From: Dehalococcoidia bacterium
GTDB taxonomy: Bacteria > Chloroflexota > Dehalococcoidia > SpSt-223
NCBI GenBank assembly: GCA_026003895.1
Contig: BPIC01000001.1
Location: 560,128-624,127, forward strand
Length of the DNA: 64,000 bases
Direction of reading: 5' to 3'
Of this stretch, positions 28,160 to 37,125 are shown piece after piece (position 1 is the first letter of the stretch; every line of letters starts with the position of its first letter). The position numbers were made by a program, and so were the translations under genes. Below the pieces are notes generated by a model. The model did not search any database. It was given only the letters and a program-made list of their open reading frames with translations, and was not told the DNA's origin.

Positions 28160-29039
28160 CTAGTCGCCGTGGGTGATGACGGGAAGTGGGCCGGGGCGCG
28201 GTGCGGGCACCTTGGGGCGGGCGGTGAGCAGCCGATCGATCGCAGCGAAGACGATGGCGTCCGGCAACAGCTTGCGCAGGGACAGGGGAGAGCCGAGCGT
28301 CCGGGCCAACAGGCATGCGGAACGGGACGCGCGGATCAGTGAGGGCGCGGTAGACGGCCGCTGCGACCGTGCTGGGCGGCGCTCCACCTTCGGCGGCGCG
28401 CTCGATGCGAGGAAGGAGCGCGGCTTCCTCGGCGGCGTACGGGGAGTCGGGCGCAATCTGCACCGACTGGCGCCGTCGAAGGAAGGGGGTCAGCACAAAC
28501 CCCGGCTCAATAACGACGACGCGAACGCCAAATGGCTTGACCTCGGCACGGAGCGCCTCCGAAAACGCTTCAAGCGCCCACTTGCTCGCAGCATAGAGCC
28601 CGGCGAACGGCGCGACGAGTCGGCCTTGCACCGAACTGATCTGGACGACCGTTCCAGCCGTGCGTCGGAGGTAGGGGAGCGCGGCGCGGGTGAGCCGCCA
28701 CGCGCCGAGCACGTTGGTCTCGAAGATGCGGCGGATTTGGTCGTCCGTTGTTAGTTCGACGGGGCCGAAAAAGCCGACCGCGGCGTTGTTGATGACGGCA
28801 TCGAGCCGCCCGGCGCGGGAGACGACCCGCTCGACAGCGCGGGCGACCGACTCCGGGTCGTCGACGTCGAGGGGGACGACTTCGAGCGGGAGGCCGAGGC
28901 GGCGGCCGGTTTCGGCGAGGACGGCGGCGCGCGCCGGCTGGCGGGCGCCAGCGAACACCCGGAATCCCCGCTTGGCCAAATAATCGGCGGTCTCGCGACC
29001 GATACCGCTGCTTGTGCCCGAGATCAGGACAACCTGCAT
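28160..29039 (-). pseudogene. Short-chain dehydrogenase/reductase (classical SDR), C-terminus shifted near 28297
   Basis: Motifs are MQVVLISGTSSGIGRE, NNAAV and YAASKWA. After ...MPVGPDARL the long ORF becomes Arg/Pro-rich nonsense. The neighbouring frame gives a sensible tail (SLRKLLPDAIVFAAIDRLL...) ending at 28160. The join lies at a C4 run on the coding strand. Confidence 0.75.
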
Positions 29040-29100
29040 CGTTCCTCCGCTGGTATGATAGCTCCGGCGTGCCGCGCCCCAAGCGGCTAGAATTTCGTTT

Positions 29101-29370
29101 GTGACACCGCCCCTCGTCGTGACGCTGATCGCTGCGGCGCTCTTCGTCGCAGTCGAGATCGCCTTTGTGGTTGGCTACCTCCGCAGACGAGGCCAGCAGG
29201 CCCCCTCCGCCGTCGCGGGACGGTCCAACCCAGCGCTCGAGCTGATTTGGGCGGTGCTGCCGGTGCTCCTGTTGGGGCTGCTTGTGCTGATGACCGTTCG
29301 CGTCGCGTCGGGCGCTGGAATCGCGCTGGCAGACATCCCAGTTGCTATTCAAGGAGGGATCCAGCCGTGA
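29101..29370 (+). CDS. Small two-TM protein resembling the N-terminal membrane domain of cytochrome oxidase subunit II (no cupredoxin domain)
   Basis: GTG 29101, 89 aa. TM1 is followed by a basic loop, then NPALELIWAVLPVLLLGLLVL (compare the COX2 LEIIWT.IP signature). Its stop overlaps the ctaA start (GTGA at 29367-29370). Confidence 0.5.
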   Translation: MTPPLVVTLIAAALFVAVEIAFVVGYLRRRGQQAPSAVAGRSNPALELIWAVLPVLLLGLLVLMTVRVASGAGIALADIPVAIQGGIQP

Positions 29371-30284
29371 AGCCGTATACCTGGCTGATCGCGGCGTCCG
29401 CCCTGTCGACCTACCTGCTGATCGTCGTTGGTGGCATCGTGCGGGTTACGGGGTCCGGGCTGGGCTGCCCCGATTGGCCGCTTTGCGAGGGGCAAGTCGT
29501 TCCACCGCCGCGCACGGACGCCTGGATCGAGTTTTCCCATCGGTTCTCGGCGATGGCGATGTCGACCGTTAGCCTCGCCGCGCTTATCGGCGCCTATTGG
29601 CCGCGCCGCCGGGCTGCCGCGCCGTGGCTGACAACGGCCGCCATTCTCCTCGTCGTCCAGATCTTGCTCGGCGCTGTCGTCGTCCTGACCGAGTTGCCAG
29701 GGCTGGCGGTCAACCTGCACTTGCTGTTCGCCATGACCATCATGGGGCTGATCCTTGTCGGCGTGGTGACATCGCTCCCGGCGACGTGGCGGCCGCCGAC
29801 GGTGGACCCAGGGTTGCGCCGGCTTGCGCTCGGCACGACACTCGCCCTCTTTCTGCTCATTGTGAGCGGATCCTACGTCTTCGGCTCGGGCACCTCGCTC
29901 GCCTGCAATGGCTGGCCGTTCTGCGAATCGGGCATCATCCCCGGCCGGCCGAGCGATTGGGTCAACTACTCCCACCGCCTCGTGGCAGCGGTGGTCGGGG
30001 TGGCCGTGCTCTGGACCTGCCTGCGCGTCTGGCAGCAGCGTGGTCGCTCGCCGGCGCTCGGTTGGGCTGCTGGCACAACTGCCGTCGTGTTCGTCCTCCA
30101 AATCGCTGTTGGGGCCTTCGTCGTCCTCGAACGCCTGAACGGGCCGTGGCCGGCGCTGCATCTGGCCTTCGCCGCCGCCGTGTGGGCGGCGTTCGTAATG
30201 ATGACGGCGTTCATCGCACTGCCCCGGCCCACGGACGCGCCGGCGCCGGCCGCCGCTCCGGCTCGGCTCCGCCCAACCGCATGA
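29367..30284 (+). CDS. ctaA: Heme A synthase (COX15/CtaA)
   Basis: GTG 29367 follows AAGGAGGG. The motif is GGIVRVTGSGLGCPDWPLCEG, with a second Cys pair (CNGWPFCE). There are 8 TM segments with conserved His residues (SHR twice). Confidence 0.85.
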   Translation: MKPYTWLIAASALSTYLLIVVGGIVRVTGSGLGCPDWPLCEGQVVPPPRTDAWIEFSHRFSAMAMSTVSLAALIGAYWPRRRAAAPWLTTAAILLVVQILLGAVVVLTELPGLAVNLHLLFAMTIMGLILVGVVTSLPATWRPPTVDPGLRRLALGTTLALFLLIVSGSYVFGSGTSLACNGWPFCESGIIPGRPSDWVNYSHRLVAAVVGVAVLWTCLRVWQQRGRSPALGWAAGTTAVVFVLQIAVGAFVVLERLNGPWPALHLAFAAAVWAAFVMMTAFIALPRPTDAPAPAAAPARLRPTA

Positions 30285-31138
30285 TCCGTCGCTACCTGCC
30301 GCTTACCAAGCCGGTCGTCGTGCTGCTCCTCCTCTGCACGACCGTCATGACGATGCTCTTCGCCGCTGGCGAGTTTCCTCCTTGGCCGGTCATCGTGGCG
30401 ACCATCGTCGGCGGCGCGTTTGCCGCTGGTGGCGCGAATGCCATCAACTGCTACTTCGACCGGGATATCGATCCAGTAATGGCGCGTACGCGGCGCCGGC
30501 CGACGGCGAGCGGGGCGGTCCCGCCTCACCGGGCTCTCTGGTTTGGCGTCGCGCTGGTGGCGCTGGCAGTGCTGATGCTCGGGCTGTTCGTGAACTGGTT
30601 GACCGCGCTGTTGGCGCTCAGCGGCGCCCTGTTCTACGTGCTGGTCTACACGCTCCTGCTGAAGCGATCGACCATCCACAACATCGTCATCGGCGGAGCA
30701 GCGGGATCGATCCCGCCGCTGGTCGGCTGGGCAGCGGCGACCGGGCGGCTCGACTTGCCGGCTTGGTATCTCTTCGCGATCATCTTCTTCTGGACACCGC
30801 CCCACTTTTGGGCGCTCGCCCTGATGGCCAAGCGAGATTACGCCGCTGCCGGCGTGCCGATGCTGCCGGTCGTGCGCGGCGACGACGAGACGCGCCGTCA
30901 GATCTTGCTCTACGCCATCTTGATGCTTCCGGTCACAATGCTGCTGTTCGGCGGTGGCGCGATGGGCTGGATCTACCTCGCTGTCGCGGTGCTGGCGACG
31001 CTGCTTTTCATCTGGTACGCCGTGTTGCTCTACCGCGACAAGACGGCGCGGCGCGCCCGATCCCTCTTCACCTACTCGAACAACTACCTCGCGCTACTCT
31101 TTGTCGCGATGCTCGCCGATCGGCTTCTCCTCCGCTAG
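30281..31138 (+). CDS. ctaB: Protoheme IX farnesyltransferase (heme O synthase)
   Basis: ATG 30281 overlaps the ctaA stop (ATGA). UbiA-family motifs are NCYFDRDIDPVMARTRRRP and WTPPHFWALA. Confidence 0.9.
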   Translation: MIRRYLPLTKPVVVLLLLCTTVMTMLFAAGEFPPWPVIVATIVGGAFAAGGANAINCYFDRDIDPVMARTRRRPTASGAVPPHRALWFGVALVALAVLMLGLFVNWLTALLALSGALFYVLVYTLLLKRSTIHNIVIGGAAGSIPPLVGWAAATGRLDLPAWYLFAIIFFWTPPHFWALALMAKRDYAAAGVPMLPVVRGDDETRRQILLYAILMLPVTMLLFGGGAMGWIYLAVAVLATLLFIWYAVLLYRDKTARRARSLFTYSNNYLALLFVAMLADRLLLR

Positions 31139-31310
31139 CTCATCACGGGTCGAGGACCGGCTCGCTCGCCGTGGGGCCGGCGCAGACGACGACAAGCCCT
31201 CTGAGAGAACCCGCTCCCTCATCGCTTGGTTAGGCGCACTGAAGCGAATCGGTTGGATCTAGACTAAACGGGGGCCTCGTCCGCTAGGCTAGCGGTTCGG
31301 AGGCGCCTCG

Positions 31311-31823
31311 ATGCGTGCGTTTTGGGAATGGTATAACCGGCACTATCTGGCCAATCTGATTGTTTCGTCCGGCATCTTCTTGCTCCAGATCATTCACCTG
31401 TATTGGCTTACGGGCTATGTCGTCGAGAAGCTGTTCGGCTGGCACATTCTTGTCATTCCCGAAAGCAGCCCGCTCTATGCAATCCCGGACTATCTTGAGT
31501 TTCCGACACTCATCTCGGTGTCGCTGCTGTATATCAATCAACTGCGCATCCGGCTTCATTGGCGGCCGCTGCTCTACCTCATCCTGCTGAACACCCAGTA
31601 CATCCACATCTTTTGGGTGACGGATGAGCTGGTGGTGAAGACGTTCGCCGAGCAATCACTGTTCACCTGGACCTCGTGGGTGGCCTGGGTCGCGATCGCG
31701 ATTGACTATCTCGAAGTGCCGGTGATCATCGACACGCTGCGTCAAGTGTGGAACGAGCGCGGCACGATTGTGGCGAAGCTCCGCGGTCAGGACAGTCCAG
31801 AGTTAGCACCAGCCGCGGAGTAA
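31311..31823 (+). CDS. Hypothetical 4-TM membrane protein with internal two-fold repeat
   Basis: ATG 31311 follows GGAGG (31299-31303). 170 aa. The two halves share LLQIIHLYWLTGYVVEKLF...AIPDYLEFPTLI versus LLNTQYIHIFWVTDELVVKTF...AIAIDYLEVPVII. It sits in a visibly lower-GC stretch. Confidence 0.6.
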   Translation: MRAFWEWYNRHYLANLIVSSGIFLLQIIHLYWLTGYVVEKLFGWHILVIPESSPLYAIPDYLEFPTLISVSLLYINQLRIRLHWRPLLYLILLNTQYIHIFWVTDELVVKTFAEQSLFTWTSWVAWVAIAIDYLEVPVIIDTLRQVWNERGTIVAKLRGQDSPELAPAAE

Positions 31824-31905
31824 GTCTGGTACTATTGGAATGAGCCGCCGGACCCCGCGGCGATGAGCCCGTTGGAGTGCCGGCGTCTTCCAAGGAGTAT
31901 CGACC

Positions 31906-32655
31906 ATGGCCCAGTCTCACCGACCTGCGGCGGAGAGGGGCACGAACGGCGCGGCCGGACGCGCCAAGATCACGCCGGCGACGGAAAATTATCTCCAAGC
32001 CATTTACGCCCTGACCGCCGAACGAAAATCGCTGATCGGGGCGCGGCTTGCCGAGCACCTGCGGGTCTCCCCGCCGTCAATCACGCAGACTCTTCAACGG
32101 CTTGCCAAGGCCGGCTACGTTGAACTGATCGACCGAGGCGATCGCAAAGAGATCGTGTTGACCGAGGCTGGCCGAGCGATTGGCGAAGCGGCAACCCGCA
32201 AGCACCGCTTGATCGAGCGCTGGCTTCAGGGCGAGTTGCGCCTTAGCTCGACCGAGGCGCACGAAGCGGCGCATGGGCTCGAGGCCGGCTTCAACGACGA
32301 ACTGCTCGATCGCCTTTTCGAGTCCATCGGTCGGCCGACCCACTGTCCCCATGGCAATCCGATCCCTGGCAGCGGTGCGGAGCTGGATCACAGCGGCACC
32401 TACCTCGACGACGTCAAGCCCGGCGAGCGCGTCTGGCTGGCACGGATTACCGAAGAAGCGGAAGCCGACCTCGATCTGTTGGAATACTTGGAGCGGAACG
32501 AGGTGAAGCCAGGGACGCCGCTCGACATCATCGCCGTCGACCGGAAGACAGGCGCGGTGACGGCGCGCACAGGGTCGGGAAGGGAGATCCGGCTCGAGCT
32601 CCGCTCGGCGGCGCTGATCTACGTCCGGCGCGAAGAGAGCGCGGCAGCCGCGTAG
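31906..32655 (+). CDS. DtxR/MntR-family metal-dependent transcriptional regulator with C-terminal FeoA/SH3-like domain
   Basis: The winged HTH is TENYLQAIYAL...LAEHLRVSPPSITQTLQRLAKAGYV. The metal-site region is RKHRLIERWL...EAHEAAHGLEAG and CPHGNPIP. The C-terminal part is a beta domain. Confidence 0.85.
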   Translation: MAQSHRPAAERGTNGAAGRAKITPATENYLQAIYALTAERKSLIGARLAEHLRVSPPSITQTLQRLAKAGYVELIDRGDRKEIVLTEAGRAIGEAATRKHRLIERWLQGELRLSSTEAHEAAHGLEAGFNDELLDRLFESIGRPTHCPHGNPIPGSGAELDHSGTYLDDVKPGERVWLARITEEAEADLDLLEYLERNEVKPGTPLDIIAVDRKTGAVTARTGSGREIRLELRSAALIYVRREESAAAA

Positions 32656-33324
32656 AACGTCCGCCCTCGCAGCAGGCTGCGGAGCCACGTCTCGATCAGC
32701 TCAAGGCCAGCAATCTTGCGCGGGGTGAGCGTGGAGGGCATAGCGCGGCTCCTCAATGCGCTTTACTAGCAATCTTAACCTATCCTAAACCTCAGAGTCA
32801 ACAGGGTTTTAGCCTGCCGCCGTTTGCTTAGCGAAGGCAAGCAGCCGCCGAACGGCGTCGCTCCTCACCCAGGCGATCAGCCTTTCCACGAAGTCGAGCG
32901 CCGCGATGCCCTTGCGCTGGCGAGCGAGAGGGCAGGGCTGGCGCCCGCGGGGAGCGCGACCGCCGGCACGAGGGGAGCAAGCCCGCGATCGCGCCGGACG
33001 CGCTATCAATGCGGCGACGTGCCGCCCGACGACGCCGAGCTTGAGGACGAGGGCGATGAAACGCGTCATGCCGAAGCGGCGCGGCGGGGGAGCAGAGGCG
33101 GCCGAGTAGGACGGAACCATCGCTGCTCGTCCAATACACGTTTGGATGTATGGTAGGGTCGCGATCTCGCCGAGCCGCCGCGAGCGTGCCCTCGCCCCCG
33201 GGCGAGGCCCCGCGCTCCCGTCGTCGGGCCAGCTCAGACGGTTGCTCGTGCTTGCGGCGACGCCGCTTAGCGCTGCGATTCCGTGGCTGAGGTGAAGAAC
33301 GCTGCTGGCTGGTACGCTGGGGTG

Positions 33325-34749
33325 ATGACGGAGACTCGGGCCAACGCGCCGGTGCGCGGCCGCTGGTGGCTGCCGCTGCTGGTCGCTGGGATCGGTTCGT
33401 TCGTCTCGGCGACGGGGTTTGGCGCGGCCGGGCTGGCGCTTCCCCGCATTGCCGAGGTGTTCCGGATCGACCTCGCGGTTGCTCAATGGGTGCCGCTTCT
33501 CCAAAACCTCGTCATGACGTCGGCGTTGCTGCCAGCCGGCTGGCTGGCGGACCGCATCGGCACTCGTCGGATCTTCACGGTTGGCACCCTCCTCTACGCT
33601 GCGGGATCGTTGGCCTCGGCGGTCGCGCCGGACTTTCTTTTCCTCCTCGCTGCGCGGGCCGTGGTGATCCTCGGCACGTCGATGGCCACCGCGACCAGCC
33701 CGGCGATCACGATTGCCGTCGTGCCAGCCGAGCGGCGCGGCCAGGCGCTCGGCTGGACCGTCACCTTTACCTACGTTGGGCTGGCGGTCGGGCCGGCTCT
33801 TGCGGGAATCGCGATGGCGCTCGGCGACTGGCCGGCGGCGTTCTGGTTCGTCGTCCCCTTCGCACTCGGGGTCGCGGCGGCGGCGGGGCGCTGGTTGCCG
33901 GCTGATGTGGGTGCGCAGGGCAATCGGCGCTTTGACGCGCTCGGCGCCATCTTGCTGACGGTGGCGGTCGGTGCACTGCTGCTTGCGCTCACCCAAGGAT
34001 CTGGCTGGGGGTGGGGGTCGCCAGCCGTGCTTGGCCTCGTGGCTGCCGGCGTAGCGGCCTCGGCCGGCTTTGTCGCGCGCGAGCTGCGCGTTGCCGATCC
34101 GCTCCTCGACCTGCGCCTGTTCCGCTCGCGCGTCTTCGCCTCGGCAAACGCCAGCGCGATTTTGCTCTATCTCGGCGGCTGGGTCCCCCCGTTCTTGATG
34201 CCGTTCTTCTTGATCGACGGCCAAGGCGTCGGACCGGCACAAGCCGGACTATTGCTCAGCCTGATTCCGCTGACGACGATGGTAACCGCACCCGTGGCCG
34301 GGATGCTCACCGACCGCTGGGGCTCGACCGGACTGACGGCCTGTGGCGTCGGGCTGGTGGCAGCCGGTCTCGGCTTGCTTGGGGCGCTCGCGCCGACCGC
34401 GCCAGCGCTCGATGTAGCGTGGCGGCTCGTCATCGTTGGGATCGGGATCGGACTCTTCACGACGCCGAATAACGCCGCCGCGCTTGTCGCCGTGCCGGAG
34501 CGAAGCCGGGGAACGGCAGCGGCCCTCGCGGGCGCGACGCGGAACATCGGGATGGCGCTCGGCGTGGCCCTCGCCGGGACGGTCTATGTCGAAGTCAGCC
34601 GGCTCACCGCGCCGGCAGATGCCCCGTTCGTGGCAATCCGTTGGGCGTTTTGGGCCGTCGCGGCAGTGACGGCCAGCGGGGTGGCCGTGTCGCTGCTGCG
34701 CGGCCGGCACGCACACGCAGGCCGGGACGCCGCCGGCTCCTCACGGTGA
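33325..34749 (+). CDS. MFS transporter, 14-TM DHA2-like
   Basis: There are about 14 hydrophobic segments. The loop 2-3 motif is LPAGWLADRIGTRR. GTG 33283 is an alternative upstream start. Confidence 0.8.
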   Translation: MTETRANAPVRGRWWLPLLVAGIGSFVSATGFGAAGLALPRIAEVFRIDLAVAQWVPLLQNLVMTSALLPAGWLADRIGTRRIFTVGTLLYAAGSLASAVAPDFLFLLAARAVVILGTSMATATSPAITIAVVPAERRGQALGWTVTFTYVGLAVGPALAGIAMALGDWPAAFWFVVPFALGVAAAAGRWLPADVGAQGNRRFDALGAILLTVAVGALLLALTQGSGWGWGSPAVLGLVAAGVAASAGFVARELRVADPLLDLRLFRSRVFASANASAILLYLGGWVPPFLMPFFLIDGQGVGPAQAGLLLSLIPLTTMVTAPVAGMLTDRWGSTGLTACGVGLVAAGLGLLGALAPTAPALDVAWRLVIVGIGIGLFTTPNNAAALVAVPERSRGTAAALAGATRNIGMALGVALAGTVYVEVSRLTAPADAPFVAIRWAFWAVAAVTASGVAVSLLRGRHAHAGRDAAGSSR

Positions 34750-34771
34750 GCCTGTTCGGTGAGAGCGAGAC

Positions 34772-35185
34772 CTACCAGCGCCCGCCGCGCGACCCGCGTT
34801 GATTCGCCCCCGAGGGGCGGTGCGACTCGAAACAATCGGAGCAGTAGACCGGCTTGTCCGAGCGGGGCTGGAAGGGGACCCGTGCCTCATTGCCGCACGA
34901 TGAGCAGGTGGCGGAAAACATCTCGCGGCGCGTTCCGCCGGAGGCGGCGTACGATGAGCCATAGCTGGTCGAGCTGTAGCCACCGGTGCTGTACGATCCG
35001 CCACCGCTATAGCCGCTCTCGGAGGAAGCGCGGCGCTTCGCGCGGCATTCCCGACAGCGGGTCGGCTCGTGCGAGAACCCCTTGCTGGCATAGAACTCTT
35101 GCTCACCGACGGTGAACAGGAACGCCGACCCACAGTCGCGGCAGGTGAGGGTCTTATCCATGAGTGGGGTCATAGCCTTCTCCAT
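34772..35185 (-). CDS. Double zinc-ribbon protein (N-terminal CxxC...CxxC and C-terminal CxxC-x17-CxxC) with Ser/Gly/Tyr-rich linker
   Basis: 137 aa. The ribbons are CRDCGS...CRECR and CSSCGNEARVPFQPRSDKPVYCSDC. The linker is SGYSGGGSYSTGGYSSTSYGSSYAASGG. GAAGGAG lies upstream of ATG 35185. Confidence 0.75.
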   Translation of the reverse strand: MEKAMTPLMDKTLTCRDCGSAFLFTVGEQEFYASKGFSHEPTRCRECRAKRRASSESGYSGGGSYSTGGYSSTSYGSSYAASGGTRREMFSATCSSCGNEARVPFQPRSDKPVYCSDCFESHRPSGANQRGSRGGRW

Positions 35186-35496
35186 GGTTGCGCTGGCTCC
35201 TTCAGCCGAGTCTCTGAGCGGTCAGCGCGACGCGGAGTGGCGATCGGCCCTTCAGTCGGGTCGGAGTTGCTACTTGGCGGGCCGCTGAACGTGCTCTTGA
35301 GGTGCAGTATATCACATACCTCGACTGCGGATGCATCAATTTTTGCCCACAGCGAGCGCCCCATACATCAATTCCACTGAATGTTCGCGTCATTTGGATT
35401 GTTCATTCGCACACGAGCCGCGCCCTCACGTTCGGCTACCACAACCCGAGCACCTCAGGTCGCGGCGTTAAACGGGACCGCCGCTCCTCGACGTGC

Positions 35497-35525
35497 TTGC
35501 CCTGCCGCGTCTTTCCGGATAAAAT
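35497..35525 (+). promoter_or_regulatory. Candidate recA promoter (TTGCCC-17 nt-TAAAAT)
   Basis: The -35-like TTGCCC is at 35497-35502 and the -10-like TAAAAT at 35520-35525, with a 17-nt spacer. It lies about 40 nt upstream of the recA ATG. Confidence 0.45.
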
Positions 35526-35540
35526 AGAACACACGTTCTA
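35525..35540. promoter_or_regulatory. LexA operator (Cheo-type SOS box) TAGAAC-ACAC-GTTCTA
   Basis: A perfect GAAC-N4-GTTC palindrome (35527-35538) abuts the -10 element, 27 nt upstream of the recA ATG. Confidence 0.7.
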
Positions 35541-35566
35541 CGCTAGGCGACTCAAGGAGGGACGCG

Positions 35567-36670
35567 ATGCCAGGGGTGAGCACGGCTTCGACTGATGAGC
35601 GGACGAAAGCGCTCGAGGCGGCGCTCTTGCAGATTGAGAAGGCGTTTGGCAAGGGTGCGGTGATGCGCCTCGGCGAGCGAGCGCTCCGTACCCCGATCGA
35701 GGCCATCCCCACCGGGGCGCTCTCGCTGGACCTCGCGCTCGGTGTCGGCGGCGTGCCGCGCGGGCGCGTCATCGAAATCTACGGTCCCGAGAGCAGCGGC
35801 AAGACCACCCTCGCCTCCACCATCGTCGCTCAAGCCCAAAAGCGCGGCGGCACCGCCGCCTACATCGACGTCGAGCATGCGCTCGATCCCCAATACTGCG
35901 CCACCTTGGGGGTCGACATCGACCGGCTGCTCATCAGCCAGCCCGACAGCGCCGAGCAGGCGATGGAGATCGCCGAAGCCTTGGTTCGCAGCAACGCAAT
36001 CGACGTCTTGGTGATCGACAGCGTGGCGGCCTTGGCGCCGCGGGCTGAGATCGAAGGGGAGATGGGCGACGCCCATGTTGGCTTGCAGGCACGGCTGATG
36101 AGCCAAGCGCTGCGCAAGCTGACGGCAGCGATTGCCAAGAGCCGGACGGTGGTGATCTTCATCAACCAACTGCGCGAGAAGGTGGGGGTGATGTTCGGCA
36201 ACCCGGAGGTCACACCGGGAGGCCGAGCGTTGAAGTTCTATGCCAGCGTGCGCTTGGAGATCCGGCGGACCGAGACGCTCAAGGTGGGAAGTGAGCAGGT
36301 GGGGAGCCGGGTGAAGGTGAAGGTGGTGAAGAACAAGGTGGCGCCGCCCTTCCGGCAAGCGGAGTTCGACCTGCTGTTTGGGAGTGGGATCAGCCGGGAG
36401 GGCGACATTCTGGACTTGGCGGTGGAAGCGGGGATCGTGAAGAAGAGTGGCAGCTTCTACAGCTATGGCGAGCAGCGGATTGGCCAAGGCCGCGAGAACG
36501 CCCGTGAGTATCTGAAGGCCCATCCCGACCTCACCGACCAACTCGAAGCCGAGATCCGGGCGCTACAGGCGCCCGCCGCGGTCGAGAGCCAGAACGGCGG
36601 TGCTGGCGTCGGCGTCGTCGAGCCAGTCTCCTCCAAACCCCAAGCGTCCTTCCTCGCGGACGAGGCGTGA
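35567..36670 (+). CDS. recA: Recombinase RecA
   Basis: AAGGAGGGA lies upstream of ATG 35567. Motifs are [23 protein letters not shown], Walker [12 protein letters not shown], and IDSVAAL and [17 protein letters not shown]. Confidence 0.97.
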   Translation: MPGVSTASTDERTKALEAALLQIEKAFGKGAVMRLGERALRTPIEAIPTGALSLDLALGVGGVPRGRVIEIYGPESSGKTTLASTIVAQAQKRGGTAAYIDVEHALDPQYCATLGVDIDRLLISQPDSAEQAMEIAEALVRSNAIDVLVIDSVAALAPRAEIEGEMGDAHVGLQARLMSQALRKLTAAIAKSRTVVIFINQLREKVGVMFGNPEVTPGGRALKFYASVRLEIRRTETLKVGSEQVGSRVKVKVVKNKVAPPFRQAEFDLLFGSGISREGDILDLAVEAGIVKKSGSFYSYGEQRIGQGRENAREYLKAHPDLTDQLEAEIRALQAPAAVESQNGGAGVGVVEPVSSKPQASFLADEA

Positions 36671-37095
36671 TTCCGCCGGTCGACGTCGCGGCGCGCGCTC
36701 AACGCGCCGTTCGCCGCGACCTGCCTGCAATCGCCAGCTACGACTACGAGTGGGCGCGCGTGCTGCTCGAGCCAACCGCCCTGCCGGCTGGGCTGGTGGC
36801 GCTGCTCGCCCTCGAAGCGGCCGCCGGGGCGCTTCCTCCAACCCCCTGCCTCTCGGCTTGGCTGCAACTGCTCGCCGCCGCGTTGGGCAGGGACCCGGTC
36901 GCCGTGCAGCTGCGAGAATCACTCGCGCTGGCGATCGATGCTCGCCAAGCGATCCGCGAGCGCCGGCCGGACAGCACCGGTGCGCCGGATGGCGTGGAGG
37001 CGGTCCGAGTTATCGTCGGTGAGGCGTGGCGGGCCGCACGCTGCGCCGAGCTGCTCGCGCGTCGCCGGCCAAATTGCTTGCTTGTTGGCGGCTAA
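36667..37095 (+). CDS. Hypothetical Ala/Leu-rich protein translationally coupled to recA
   Basis: GTG 36667 overlaps the recA stop (GTGA). 142 aa with high third-position GC consistent with coding. I see no RecX-like repeats, so the call is tentative. Confidence 0.45.
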   Translation: MIPPVDVAARAQRAVRRDLPAIASYDYEWARVLLEPTALPAGLVALLALEAAAGALPPTPCLSAWLQLLAAALGRDPVAVQLRESLALAIDARQAIRERRPDSTGAPDGVEAVRVIVGEAWRAARCAELLARRRPNCLLVGG

Positions 37096-37125
37096 GCGCT
37101 ACCATCGCGCCCTGTCGCTCGTTAT

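Noticed and set aside
32775-32800. AT-rich TTAACCTATCCTAAACCT as a DtxR/IdeR-type operator next to the DtxR-family gene
   Set aside because: It is not palindromic. It reads as tandem AGGTT-like direct repeats on the other strand and does not match the TWAGGTWAGSCTWACCTWA consensus.
32809-34242. 477-aa minus-strand ORF across the MFS transporter gene
   Set aside because: It is antisense to a clear 14-TM MFS protein and its composition is dominated by Arg, Pro and Asp.
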